Of a stretch of 64,000 bases of DNA, positions 36,673 through 49,985 are shown one piece after another (positions within the stretch are counted from its first letter, which is position 1; the number at the start of each line of letters is the position of its first letter). Both the position numbers and the translations under genes were made by a program. The stretch comes from Laetmonice hystrix (lineage: Eukaryota), in NCBI GenBank assembly GCA_965235115.1, contig OZ249436.1:46812001-46876000 (forward strand). The letters are read 5' to 3'. A model generated the notes under the pieces. The model saw nothing but the letters and a program-made list of their open reading frames with translations. It was not told where the DNA came from and did not search any database.

Positions 36673-38489
36673 TGTCAGCCGTACTCCACCGCACACGTGT
36701 ACTCACGATTTACTCTCAATAAATAAAATCACCTGTTCCACGTTCATTACAGCCGCTATATTCCTCCCGGCGTTGTGATGTAATGATCGTGGAGACCAGG
36801 CAGCTGGAGGATGCTGGTAGCTTCCAATGACAGACGCTCGCGGGCCCCCACCCCCTCACCCCCAGCCCGAGTGATCAGTCTCCTGCTATATCATTATCAG
36901 TACTCGCCATGCAGTCTGATGACGACATAGCGTGATGCTTGAGTTCCACCACCACCATTCCCCAATCCCACCAGACATTATTATCGGCACCATCTCCACC
37001 TCTTCCTCCACCACTTCATCGCGATCTGTTCACACTTGTCCGTGGTACAAGATAAACTTGCACCATGTCAGACCTTGTAGTCAGACAGTTTACCAGCCGC
37101 CCGCTGTGTCCTTCCCCCCGGCGGCCACCTACCAGTCAGCTGTCGGTCAGCACACCAGGTACTGGTATTGTACGCTTCACTACCTCCTGGCATTCCCGTC
37201 ATGCCCCCAGGACATGGTCCTACCCCACCCACGTGGTGAGTCGCCGTCTTACCTTCAAAACGAAATGGTTTACGTTTATTCATAAGTGTTCAAATCGGAC
37301 CCCTCCAGACTCGCAGGGAAAGACGGAGCTGTAGGTGGCGGCACTAGGGATCAACCCCAGCCCACTTGTAATTTTCGCACAACCGCACGGGATCGCAGTA
37401 CTACAGTGTCCACATCGCTGTGTGGACACAGCGTCCCAGCTAAGTGTCCCATGGTCTCTTTGTGCTTCTTGTGTCTTCTACAGCGGCCCTTCTGACGGCG
37501 GGAATTCCTACCCCATCCCATCCCATCCCATCCCATCCCATCCCATCCCATCCCACCAGGTCGTCCTGCCACGTGGTGCACTGGCACACCTTGGTAAAGT
37601 TGGAGCTGCAGGTCTCCGAACTCCAGTATCTAAGTCTGTGGAAGAACCAAGACATGATGAATAACAAAAATAATCTCTTCAGGGCGGCATGATATAGCTT
37701 ATCCAATTCCCTTATTATACAGCCCGTATACCACCCCACCCCACCCCACCACCACCCCCACCCCCACCCCACCATTCAGCCGTAATCTGATCAGACTAGA
37801 CTGACAGGTAATATTGTGGCCTGGTGTGCCACAATTCTATACCCCGGTAATTACGACATAATTAGGACCAATCACTACCGTTTTCACAGCCGCATAATTA
37901 ACAAATCACAATACGTGATGGAAGAATTACAGTCGAGCAGCTATTAATGGACAAGGCATCCACATCCATTATATGACAAAGAACTCTGATAAATTAAATA
38001 CACATGTACTCAGAAGAACCAGATTATAAATAAATAATAATTCTCCGGCCCTTATATTTCCACTTAGATCAAAGTCTTACTCCTTCAGATCAAGATTCCT
38101 GAGTCGTTCTTTCAACATATTATGGCGACAATTATTACAACCCATTTGTTTTTTAAAAGCTTTATTGGGTCTTGCTCAAGAAACAGAACTCTAACGAACG
38201 ATTGAAGCAATCACCGATTACTCTCATTTAAATGACTCCAAAATGCCACCAGGCAATCAGAAGCGATAAGCTTATAAATAAGCTTAAGCAAGGCATCAGC
38301 CAATCAGAAGCGATAAGCTTAAGCTTAAGCAACGCGTCAAGTTTTGACAGACCGGGCTGTGCTATCATCATACGACGTGTGGTCACCTCTAAGACATCTC
38401 TTAGACCGGCTTCAGTTTCTCAATCTCAAACAAGTGCTCGGTCTACTGAGAGACCACTCCCAGGACAAGACATCTCAAACAATCCGGCA

Positions 38490-38787
38490 ACTACAGCAGC
38501 AGCGGCCAGCAGCAGCAGCAGCCAGCAGCAGCCAGCAGCAGCCAGCAGCCAGCAGCCAGCAGCAGCAGTAGCAGCCAGCAGCAAGCAGCCAGCAGCAGCA
38601 GTAGCAGCCAGCAGCCAGCAGCCAACAGCCAGCAGCCAGCAGTAGCAGCCAGCAGCAGCCAGCAGCAGCAGCAGCCAGCAGTAGCAGCAGCCAGCAGCAG
38701 CAGCAGCCAGCAGCAGCAGCCAGCAGCAGCCAGCAGCAGCAGCCAGCAGCAGCCAGCAGCAGCCAGCAGCAGCAGCCAGCAGCAGCA
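38490..38787. repeat. (CAG/CAGC)n imperfect microsatellite
   Basis: Mixed 3- and 4-bp units that break reading frames. Confidence 0.94.
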
Positions 38788-40793
38788 ACCTCTGTTATCA
38801 AGGATGGCCTGGACACTGTTCATCTCTCAGCTCTACTCCCGTGTCTGACAGGAATATTTACTACCTATCTGTCTGTGTTTCGGAAGTAATCAACTGAGGC
38901 AAGTTACAATCACAGCATTCATCTGCCTTTTAACGTCATGGAGACACCTCTCTTGACCATAGAAATCCCTCATTTCCGTGGAACTGATGTCAAGTTAATT
39001 ATAGTTGACTCTGGGACGAATTAATGTGTGTTTAGACACTGGCACTCCCACACAATCAATGTCGTTTATATTGACCGAGAGGTGGCGTGCTATCACGACG
39101 TGCCATCATGACCGCCAGGTGGTTGGTGGTTAGCTCTCGCCAGTTCTCCCTCCAGAACGGCGACACGGCCGGTTACATGCCAGCCATGTGCCCTCGGGGC
39201 AAAGCTGTGAACACACAGTTGTACACCTGCAAACCGAACTACAGTACTGCAGTTTCTTTGAGGTTATCTGTCAATAATTACGTTCATGACATGAAGAGAT
39301 TCTAGCACGACACATTATATAATACAAGCCCACAATTAAGTATCTTCATTATATTCCAGGGGTTTAAGTACACGCCACCAACATGGTGTAACCATAGTGA
39401 CCAAATGACCCATGTTGTCAGTTAACAAAACAACATTTGTGGTCTGTCCGCGTGTCTGGTTCCTTCTCACAGGCGCGTCACGAGTGAAGAGACCTCCAAA
39501 TGTACAAGGGCAATCACAGTATTTTTCTAAATCGTTTCCTTACATTTACTGCATTTACTATTTAAAACCACAATTTCCCCCCTTCAAACACGAACGCCTA
39601 TTCCCTGCTTTTCCCAATTTTGCCTTTCAGGAAATACCTACTGCACCTGGTCGACCTCTGAGATTGGAAGCACGGATTTGGTCAAGAACGTTACACAAAC
39701 CGGACGTGAGTGACTCCATTGGGCATGTAAGTTTTCTGTTGACTTTTGATGTTTCCTTGGTCAGGTCTTTTATTGATCACCGGAATCTTCTTGCTGGCCA
39801 GGGTGGTTTCCTGGAACGCTTTAGCTGGCGGCAAATGCCGTCAGTAATTTCTGGCGGAATCGGTGGCGGAGCGGAGACTTGACGGATGAGGATAAGTAAG
39901 ATGTTTGACGTCTACTCGCTCCACCAGGAGGTGAAGAATGAAATGTACGTTGTCTGGGATGTTCTGCTGTCCTATAACCATACTTCTACTCAGCTGACCT
40001 TGACCACTCATATAGAATATCTCAATGTTTAACCCTCATCATAACAGTAGTGTGGTTGGTGAGCTCGGGTCAGTCCAGAAATCTTACAACCCTATAATAA
40101 AGTATTGGTGTTTTTGTTTTTTTGAGGGGAATAGAATCTCAATACCAGGGCCGCCATACACTCAGCCCAAACAAACAGAACTGACTTTGTGTGAACTGAT
40201 GTTTACCTAGCTATTCATACCATTCTCACATTGTTTTTGAGTTGTGCACAGCCTTCCACCACATGTGTACGTGAAACCCCTCTGGGTGTCCTGTTCAATG
40301 AACCTTGCTTCTGCTTCAGGAATGACTGCCAAAACTCGCCCCAAACCTTGGGCCCAAACCTTGGGCGGGGTACACCCCGCCCAGCCCGGCCCGGCCCGGC
40401 CCAAACCGTCCATTAGCTGGGGGAAGTGTTAGAATCCTCATAGTTACATCTCCATCAACTTTGGCGGTAAGAAGTTAACGAGAACAAAAAATCTACCACG
40501 ATTCCTAGACCCTAACCTAACCCTAATCACCAAATTTGTAAGGGGGGTTTCCGAAGTTTAGGTAATTCAGGGAAGGCCATGCTCAAGACATCAAATAATG
40601 CAATCTCGGGACATCTTGTTTGCATTTGCATTTTACACCCCTCTTTTTAAACATAAATGTCCTTAATATAGTAATTTTTAAAGGGGGGGGGGGGTTCCGG
40701 GATACTTGGAAACCCCCCTGGATACGCCACTACCCTAGCGCCGGTCCCCAGACCTTAAACAAAACTGGAACCTACCCCTAGCCTTGCACTTAA

Positions 40794-41530
40794 AGGCAGT
40801 GGAAAAGTTCAAACTATCAATATAAGGGTGTTCAGCATGAACAAGCTTGTTCCTACCTACAATCCTGTGATGGTCTGATCTTTAATAAAGGAATAATCAA
40901 CTGAAATGTAGCTAGACATTCCCCCTGGCTTCGTCTGCTTGTCTGCCCTACTTGTCCATGAATTGTTATGTGGCCGTCAGGCAGAACGAACCACGCAGAT
41001 TCCCAGCCAGAGTGCCGCTATTCACGTCCCGCTGCGATTCCACTTTTACCAAAAACATGCCCATGACGTCACCGCTAAACCAATTCGAAGGAAGATGGCG
41101 ACAGATTCATCGACGATTTCACAGAGGGCTGCAAACAGCCGCACACAAACTCTGTATTTGTTAACATACCCCAATAAGGGTGTGAAGAGAGAGAAAAAGG
41201 TGTCTGCTGTCACCGGTAAGAGTTCAGAGTCAGTAGTGTAAATGAGTCAGTCGTAGTGAGCGAGTGTCCGATGAAGCCAGTGAAGGATTGCCACCGGGTG
41301 TAACGCGTGGCGCTGGATCTGTTGATAACAGTCAGAAACAGGGTCTAGGGGGATGTTTCACTAACAGCAAGGACTAGATCGCTGACTCGCGTGAGAATAG
41401 CACATGACCCGAACGGTATTTTTAAAAGTCGCCTTATAGACAGTGTTCCACTTACCCGTGCGACCTTAGACACTTCACATGGTGTTACTGGTGTTCAAAG
41501 GTCCGTTAGTGAGGAACTTTTCCACTGCCT
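40794..41530. mobile_element. Non-autonomous Kolobok-like element
   Basis: Perfect 17-bp TIR aggcagtggaaaagttc / gaacttttccactgcct with TTAA on both sides. Confidence 0.9.
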
Positions 41531-42100
41531 TTAACCCTCACCCCTGCCCCAAATATCGTGTGACTGTTAGCATGGGGGAATAACCGGCAGAAATCTGGCA
41601 CTTTGTGTTAGACAGAATCAATATGTGTTATATGGAGCACAGCAAACGCTTCTCCAGCGGAATTATTCCCTATGTCAAGGTTCCTTTACTTTACAACCGT
41701 AAACTTCTGGATGTAAACTTGATATGTTGTTGTCCTCCTGAAAACATGGTCCAATGCGGGCCTGGATGTTATGATACTTTCTCCTGCTGTACTCGGTCTT
41801 CACATCTTTCATCCACTTCTCCGACAATACCGATTCTGACTGTCTAAACTCATATCATAAATTATTTCCCCATTGTACGTTTTTGGCAGTTGTATTCCCA
41901 CTGAAGTTTTCTGTGTCATTTTAATATCATTTACGGACCATAATTTGTGACAGGATAGAAACCATGACCTGTATACAAGCCCTGCATGATATGTCTCTAG
42001 CCTGAATCTATATGCACTTTCCAAGGCCAGTTCTATACTGTCCAAGGGCGTAGGAAAATGAAGAGAATGAGCTCTTCATAACAAGGCACCAAACCCCTAC

Positions 42101-42133
42101 CTTCATTCGCCTGACTGATCCCGGGTTAGACAT
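42101..42133 (-). CDS. Weak candidate alternative first exon of PKA-RI (MSNPGSVRRMK)
   Basis: gggATG, 11 codons, donor AAG|gtaggg in phase 0, downstream of a GC-rich stretch (42130-42660). Confidence 0.25.
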
Positions 42134-42672
42134 CCCTCCAGGTCCCACTCCAGCTGGCAGACTGACCTGGTTGTAGTCCACGTGGTGGTCAGTGATGTCC
42201 CGCCATTGATCACGAGTTACTGGAGGAGGTGGAGGAGGAAGAGGACCTCTTCATGAACAAACCGGGTAACAACTGTGCATGGATCCAGCCGCGTGCCTTC
42301 CTGAGAACCTTAATATACAGCCAGGTATGTTTCTCACACCACCGTGCCAAGCACTGACTTGCCCACGGCCGTACGTACGTCCGTACACCTGCACGTCGGT
42401 GGTGGATCCTAGCGAACACGTGCGACCACTGACCCTCAGGGCGTGCTCTGTATACGGTCAGCCTCCATGACCTGGCGGTGGCGGTGAGCAAGGCTGGTCA
42501 CCGCATACATTCATACAGAGATAGGCGTCGACAGCCGGGGGGCGGGGCGGGGTGTTACAGCGCAATCCCTGGCTGAAAACGCCATGAATACCACACGACC
42601 ACGAGGACTGGACTACACTGTTCAGGCTCACACCATCCAGTTCAACCAGCCATCGTGACGGTAGGGGACCTG

Positions 42673-42794
42673 GGCCCGGTTCACAAACAAAGCCAAGTCA
42701 ATTTTAATTAACTTGAAATCCACTTTAACCACTCAGATTCAAGTAAAATTGACTTCAAGTCAATTAAAATTGACTTGACTTTGTGAACCGGGCC
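42673..42794. mobile_element. MITE, PIF/Harbinger-like
   Basis: TIR ggcccggttcacaaa / tttgtgaaccgggcc with CTG/CAG flanks; related to the elements at 5287 and 9062. Confidence 0.82.
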
Positions 42795-43277
42795 CAGCTG
42801 TCACACCCGGACATTCCAGCATGTGGACAGGTTTAGTAATTAGAGTTTACTAGCAGCATCTTTTAGTTTGGAAACAAATACGTTTGCCGCTTATAATGGT
42901 TTTTAATTCCGAAACAGCTTAGCCTTACTGTCATTAACTGCAGCTGCCTACCTGTATTCAAAAAACAAATAACAATTACTTATCTTAATAGTTTTTACAA
43001 ATATATAGAGTCGCACAAGGCAGTCGAGTACGGCTGCTCTAATATTGAATGCTGCCGACCATGCCTTTGCAACAGCTGCCCTGACACCTGGTGAGTAGTC
43101 CAAATACTACATGCGAAACACACCTGACACCTACCGAGCAGCTACCTCACTACTCAGAAGGCTTTCCAATGTACAAGGATAGGCGAAATGAGGATATAGG
43201 AGGATAGGATTCTTAAAAAATCAATCTCAAAAATTTTAATTGAGCTTGATGCTTTAGCAGTTCATTTTATTGCTTAA

Positions 43278-43623
43278 AGGGAATAGAAAAGTTCAAACTA
43301 TCAATATAAGGGTGTTCAGCATGAACAAGCTTGTTCTTACCTACAATTCTGCGATTATCTGATCTTTAATAAAGGAATAATCAACCGAAATGTAGATACA
43401 TTCTCCCGCTGGCTTTGTCGGTTTGTTTACCCTATTTGGCAATTATCTCAATCTATTAAGAGATATAGCTCCCGCTGTCTCGCGTGGGAAATAGCGAATG
43501 ACCCGGGCGGTATTTTTAAAAAGTCGCCGTAGACAGTGTTCCACTTATCGGTGTGACCTTAGACACTTTATATGGTGTTACTGGTGTTCAAAGGTACGTT
43601 AGTGAGGAACTTTTGCTGTAGGT
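43278..43623. mobile_element. Shorter, internally deleted relative of the 40794 Kolobok-like element
   Basis: Shares gaaaagttcaaactatcaatataagggtgttcagcatgaacaagcttg... and ...ggtgttactggtgttcaaagg..gttagtgaggaactttt; TTAA flanks. Confidence 0.85.
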
Positions 43624-46600
43624 TTAAATATTAGTCTAAATTCTTTAAACGCTAGTTGCATTGCGAACTATTTTATTCCAACGTGTGCAAATAACTCCTT
43701 GGTGAACCAGTCCAAACCTTCCCACAGTGATAGAAAAAGTGCAGGCGCAGATAGCATAAGCAAGGCTGTGACAAGGTCAAGAACAAGGGTTAATGGACAT
43801 TTTATCAAACCAGATAGCCTAAAGCTCAAATTAAAGAAAAGGTGTCTGTGGATCCTGTAATTTCACTCCTCCAAGAATTTCGCTAACAGAATGAGATGGA
43901 AAGATGGCGCGCTCTAGTTTGACGTTAGTGCCTACACAATCCGCCAGGGCAACTGAAAATATCTATCCACGATAATTGCACGAAGATACACGGCATAGAG
44001 TCTATTATCTCTCATTTGTAAACAGGAGCCACTACAATTCCTAGTCTACATTGTTCACAACCCTGGTTTGAAGCATTTAACCAATGAAGAGTCAGCCAAG
44101 GTGTGTGATGTCCATATAATTATAACTTCATATATCACTCCCTTCAACCTCTTTCTACGACAGTCACGATGATACGTCACTGATAGCGCCCTCTAGCGTG
44201 ACCTCGCGTACAAGCCATAACTAGGTCAGGTCACCTGACTGGACCACAGGAACCTGAGGACTGACCCTCTAGAGGAGATTATGACCAACATCATTCAGAC
44301 GACCCATGTCAGTGAATGGGTCAATCATGTGGGTCAATGTCATGGGGTCAGACCAGACATCAGGTGGAACAATGAACTATGCGGTAACTGGCGTACAAAC
44401 GCTTGATCATGCTTTATCATGATAATATGCTAATGTCCACTGCAACATTTCGTATGCATCCTTCTCATTGACATTGGATAATGCATTATTTCGTATCTCG
44501 TCGCAATCTTTCAAAGTTTCATACATATTGGGGTTATATACCTGCGGTATAAGTGGGTTATTCCACAGAATTACCTTGAAATTGTAGGTACACATCAGGG
44601 TATGGCAGGGTTTCCTGGGACTTCCGTCCGGGGACAGAGAGTAGGGGCACAGATTACCATGTTAATCTGTGGTAGGGGTTAGGGTAAAGTTTAGGGTGAG
44701 GAAGAGAGATATAGCATTTTTATATCTTGTCGCCTTCGTGGGAACGCTACCATGGAGAATCTAGACTGTCCTGATTTACACGAACGCGGAGACAACACGC
44801 CTTGGCTTGAGGCAGAACGAACATAAATACTCATTGTCCACGTCACGGAACATCTCATGTTTGTGACCATGAAGGTAACGTTAAGTTTCAGCTCCTTCGG
44901 TTGCTTCATTAATTCTGACTTTTTCCCAATGAAGCACAATCTTGGACAATAACTATTTTGGGGAGTTCAGTCTGCAGCAGCACATTTTTACCGTCAAGGG
45001 CGACCCCCCCCCCCCCCTTTTGACTATTCCATGCCACTAAATCCTAACCCCGACAGCAGGACCTCTCTCCCTATCCCTAATCCTCGTTCTGCACCTACCT
45101 GACCCCCGGCGGGGGGACCTCTCCAAAAAATCTATCCCTAATCCTCGCCCTGCCCCTAACCCGAACTCCGAAATGTATGTACTGATACTGATGAGCTTAG
45201 GGTTTATTACTAGCGTTTATTATGTCCTGCATCGAATTTTCACACCCCATAATATTATAATGACCTGGCCACTAGGAGGGCACAGATTGTGAGATACGTG
45301 TTAACGAGAACACTGACATAGAATACATCTCAAGCCCAAACGATGAAACGATCTTTTCAACTTCAAAAACGTTTCAAGCATCCATTTTGCGACTTGCAAT
45401 TTTTTAACGAGTATCAAGAAATCCGTTGTTGCAGCATCTGTACATAATTGCTCCTCATAAAGCCAGTGATATTCTTCAGCCGTAGGATGGATTGGAATAT
45501 GATCCTCATTCATGTACATTGTATTATTGAAATAACAAATATTGTCATGATAAGTTTAATTTTTTCTAGTACTATGTGCACAATGTATGATAGGAGAAAT
45601 GTCATTCTGTGCGAGACGAATAGCACCTTTAAATTAGCACACATACAGACCTGCCAACCTGATGTGAATCAGTAATCAGGATGGTCATTTTCAGTAATTT
45701 TCAGTAATGCGATTGCCTGTTTTCAGTAATAATGTCAGCGTCCTAAATATTAAGCATTTGTATTAAAAAAATACAGTATACATAATCAGTACACTTATCA
45801 TGGAAATGAGCAGCTGCACGAGTGTTTAAAAGTGATATTATCTGGTCACCGAACAGTTTTATCTGGTAAATACACATGATCGGTTTCAAAGCACAACTGT
45901 GAAAAAATTATTATTCGTGTGCAGACTTATTTAAATTAACACATTTTCCTCTGCTTGATGAGTTTCTGGTGCAAATTTTTCAACTTTTCGGCGCCCATCA
46001 GAATCGTAATCGCTAGGCACACAATCTTATTTCTGTAATGACGGTTGAAATCCGTATTTTTACGGGCAATCAGCAGAGATCTGCACATATATTTAAAAAA
46101 CTAAAATATTTGGTAATGCACCCTTGTTTTTTCCTTTTTTCTAAAGGAAATAGTTCACACAAAGTAATAATCGGGACTGATCCGTCTTACTCATGGATTA
46201 AAATGAATGTCCCAAACATGGACACTCGTACCCGATCCAGCCTCCCTACTGCCTGGTCTGAGAAACTGTCCCGACAGCTCGGACCTAGAAACTATGGGTA
46301 CTTGTCCCCACACTTTCTGATAACAATGTTTGCACAGAGCAGGCCAAGATACCAATAAACGTTTCCAATACTACACAATATATTAACAATTTTACACGTA
46401 CAGGGTGTGAAGAAGGGTGTCATCGTGAATGCAGGGCCAAAAATTTGGATTCCGTAATAAGGCATTGTTCTCACTTTTAGTATCATTGTATGATTTAAAA
46501 ACATAATATCTTCACCAATCTTGAAAGAAATGAGTCTTCACGAGTTCATAATTACATTGACCAATCGTCCATACAGTATATAGTTCTATAAGTTACTTAT

Positions 46601-47254
46601 CTACAGCACCAAGTAGTGGGCCATGATCTTTCTGACCCACTACCAATCATCATCTTTCTGACCTACTTTACCAATCTGATATCTGCTGATAAACCCAACC
46701 TTAAAACCTGGTCTCATTCACAACATAAACCCTAGGATAAACACTTGAAGAAAGACACAATGTAACTGTAATTTACAACAGATTTGCTGGTAAATGTAGC
46801 TCACTAATAAAAACTTCAATATATTACCGTCGCATGACCTCCCAATAACAAGCGGTAGCCATCTGACTGACTTTGCGGTAACTTTGTTCCACATTAGAGG
46901 TGATCCTAGATCAAACCTAGATCGAGGACCATGCCAAGACACTAAAACATGGCGTTAACTCCCGCTGTGGGTGACAAACAATGATGTAGGACAGGGAATA
47001 TTAGTTGGACTGAGTGAGAGATTACAAGCCGTTCATGGTGAGCCAGATCGTGGTGGGAGTGGGCTGGCCGTGTACTAACCTCAGTCTACCTGTTCCTGGT
47101 TCATACTAGTCACAGGTAAAACAGATTAAAACCCTCGGATGTCATTAAAGGACACTTAGGGAGTTAATTACTTCCAAGTCACCAATAACCCAATCATTTC
47201 CGTTTCTGTGGTGTGGCAATCACACCTAAAATTGTCTCCGAGTACAAATAAATT

Positions 47255-48296
47255 AACACCCATGTTACTGTGACTGCCTACCAGTTCCACCACCAACACC
47301 CATGTTACTGTGACTGCCTACCAGTTCCACCACCAACACCCATGTTACTGTGACTGCCTACCAGTTCCACCACCAACACCCATGTTATTGTGACTGCCTA
47401 CCAGTTCCACCACCAACACCCATGTTACTGTGACTGCCTACCAGTTCCACCACCAACACCCATGTTACTGTGACTGCCTACCAGTTCCACCACCAACACC
47501 CATGTTACTCTGACTGCCTACCAGTTCCACCACCAACACCCATGTTATTGTGACTGCCTACCAGTTCCACCACCAACACCCATGTTACTGTGACTGCGTA
47601 CCAGTTCCACCACCAACACCCATGTTACTGTGACTGCCTACCAGTTCCACCACCAACACCCATGTTATTGTGACTGCCTACCAGTTCCACCACCAACACC
47701 CATGTTACTGTGACTGCGTACCAGTTCCACCACCAACACCCATGTTACTGTGACTGCCTACCAGTTCCACCACCAACACCCATGTTACTGTGACTGCCTA
47801 CCAGTTCCACCACCAACACCCATGTTACTGTGACTGCCTACCAGTTCCACCACCAACACCCATGTTACTGTGACTGCCTACCAGTTCCACCACCAACACC
47901 CATGTTACTGTGACTGCCTACCAGTTCCACCACCAACACCCATGTTACTGTGACTGCCTACCAGTTCCACCACCAACACCCATGTTACTGTGACTGCCTA
48001 CCAGTTCCACCACCAACACCCATGTTACTGTGACTGCCTACCAGTTCCACCACCAACACCTATGTTACTGTGACTGCCTGCCAGTTCCACCACCAACACC
48101 CATGTTACTGTGACTGCCTACCAGTTCCACCACCAACACCCATGTTACTGTGACTGCCTACCAGTTCCACCACTAACACCCATGTTACTGTGACTGCCTA
48201 CCAGTTCCACCACCAACACCCATGTTACTGTGACTGCCTGCCAGTTCCACCACCAACACCCATGTTACTGTGACTGCCTACCAGTTCCACCACCAC
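47255..48296. repeat. 40-bp minisatellite (~26 copies)
   Basis: Unit catgttactgtgactgcctaccagttccaccaccaacacc. Confidence 0.97.
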
Positions 48297-48307
48297 GTGG
48301 TACTCAC

Positions 48308-48364
48308 TAACAGGTGACTGTAGTATGAAGTATCGTGTATTCTCTGGTATACGGGTATACGTAC
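48308..48364 (-). other. Candidate 57-nt in-frame cassette or recursive-splicing exon (VRIPVYQRIHDTSYYSHLL)
   Basis: Acceptor ttttattttgcag, exon begins GTACGT, 19 open codons in phase 0/0, donor TTA|gtgagt. Confidence 0.35.
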
Positions 48365-49074
48365 CTGCAAAATAAAACGTTTATTTAGTCTATCTTCAGG
48401 ATATAACGATCAAATAGATGTTCCGATTGCTTCATTTACTCCCCATTTTCCCATTTCCCAGTAGCAGCGAACATATCATGCATGCGAAAATCCCACGGGT
48501 TACAGTAGAAGTTAGATATCGTAATGTAGAAATCGTAATGTAGAAATGACTGTCAGGCCTCAAAGTCATTACGAATGCAGAAAGGTACATTATTTGAAAA
48601 ACGATCTCGACTGTGGCCTTTCTATTCCCACATGCTAAAACTAAACAAAAGTACGAATAGGCATCAACTATTGTATTTACAAGTATCGTATTATCCACTC
48701 GGAAACTTATCAGGGAGAAACGGTCAAAAATGTCTTATCATGGAGAAATTATTTCCTGGCCAGATATCGTACAGTCAGCTGCAGAGTTGTAGACATATAT
48801 GGCAGGCTACCAGATACATTTGACATAATGACATTTCGGTTTTGTGGACAGTGACATTAAACAATACAACAGTGCATATCTGTCGAGATTAGTTTTTTCT
48901 CTACACGTTCCCCTACATTTCAATGATTTGGAAAGTATAAATTGTTAACCTGATCGTCCTGCTAAGTAGTTGTAAAGTACGTACCCTTTGACAATTTTGT
49001 ACTGGAATTGTCACTTTATGACTTAGGCAGCAGTGTTGTGTAAATCAAAATATATCCCATCACACTATCAACTA

Positions 49075-49612
49075 CAGTAGTGTGCAAAAAATATTAGAAC
49101 ACTTGGCATTTTATGCCAGCAGCAATCTTTCTGCAACTCCACCCAGCATCCGAAGGTGCCTTAATTCGGGCCCTGTGCTCATTTGCAAGTTCCGTTTTTC
49201 CCTTAGCCATCTTCAAATCACTATTTGACTTGCTTGACTTGGTGAATTAATTTTGAGACATGTCATTAAATTTTATGTAAGAGTGCTGAGTGCACACCTT
49301 CTATGGACAAAGGATGACCAAAGTGGTGTCCTAGGACTACTTGACCTGAAACTCCCCCATTGTAATGAATCTGAAGGGAGATTTGACTGGATATGATATT
49401 ATTCGACATTTCCAAAATGCTGTATGTTCCCCTAAAATTGAAAAAGGTATCATGCAGGTGTCTCTGGGACATTCATGATGCAATATCAGTATGGCTGAAG
49501 GTTCCATTTGGTAAGATATGATGGTTTAATGACTACATCAGGGTCGTTTCATTGAAATAAGACTTCGTTTTCCAGTTCATGGCAAGTGTTCTAATATTTT
49601 TGCACACAACTG
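49075..49612. mobile_element. Non-autonomous Tc1-like element
   Basis: TA|cagtagtgtgcaaaaaatattagaacacttg ... caagtgttctaatatttttgcacacaactg|TA. Confidence 0.9.
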
Positions 49613-49669
49613 TATTTGGCAGTGGATGTTGGATGGGTGCATGTAGAAATAGAAAGCTGAATGCCAAGG

Positions 49670-49985
49670 CAGGGTGTCATTTCAACACAACTTGAAATCA
49701 CGTGATGTCCAAAAGCGTCTGCTTTATTTTTCTTGGCTGTCAGTTCCTCTTTTTCCCCTTGTTTTCCCTGTGTTTTGGCGATTTTAGTTCCCCCTTTCCC
49801 CCTTGTTTTCCCTGCGTTTTGGCGATTTTAGTTCTCCCTTTCCCCCTTCTTTTCCCCGTGTGTATTAGCGATTTTAAGAAAATCCCTGTATTTTCCCTGC
49901 AGTGAATTATTCTGCCATTTTCTTTGTTTCCCTGCGCTGTTGTCACCCTACAAGATTTTCTGCAGCCCCACTTCTTGACACCTCT
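49670..49985. mobile_element. Degenerate hAT-like MITE with repeated ttccc motifs
   Basis: Starts cagggtgtca, ends tgacacct; internal ttttccc repeats; TSD not seen. Confidence 0.4.

Larger units (their letters stand above)
35091..37742. repeat. Direct tandem duplication of a 1326-bp segment
   Basis: 35091-36416 repeated at 36417-37742; identical ORF pairs offset by 1326; I count about seven substitutions. Confidence 0.96.

Noticed and set aside
38232..38823. PolyQ/A/S and Cys/Trp/Leu-rich ORFs
   Set aside because: Mixed CAG/CAGC microsatellite with no splice or homology support
44407..44595. 62-aa ORF with protein-like composition
   Set aside because: No recognisable family and no convincing splice boundaries
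47090..47104. MNQEQ|gtagac phase-0 mini first exon
   Set aside because: Five codons and a mediocre donor; expected by chance
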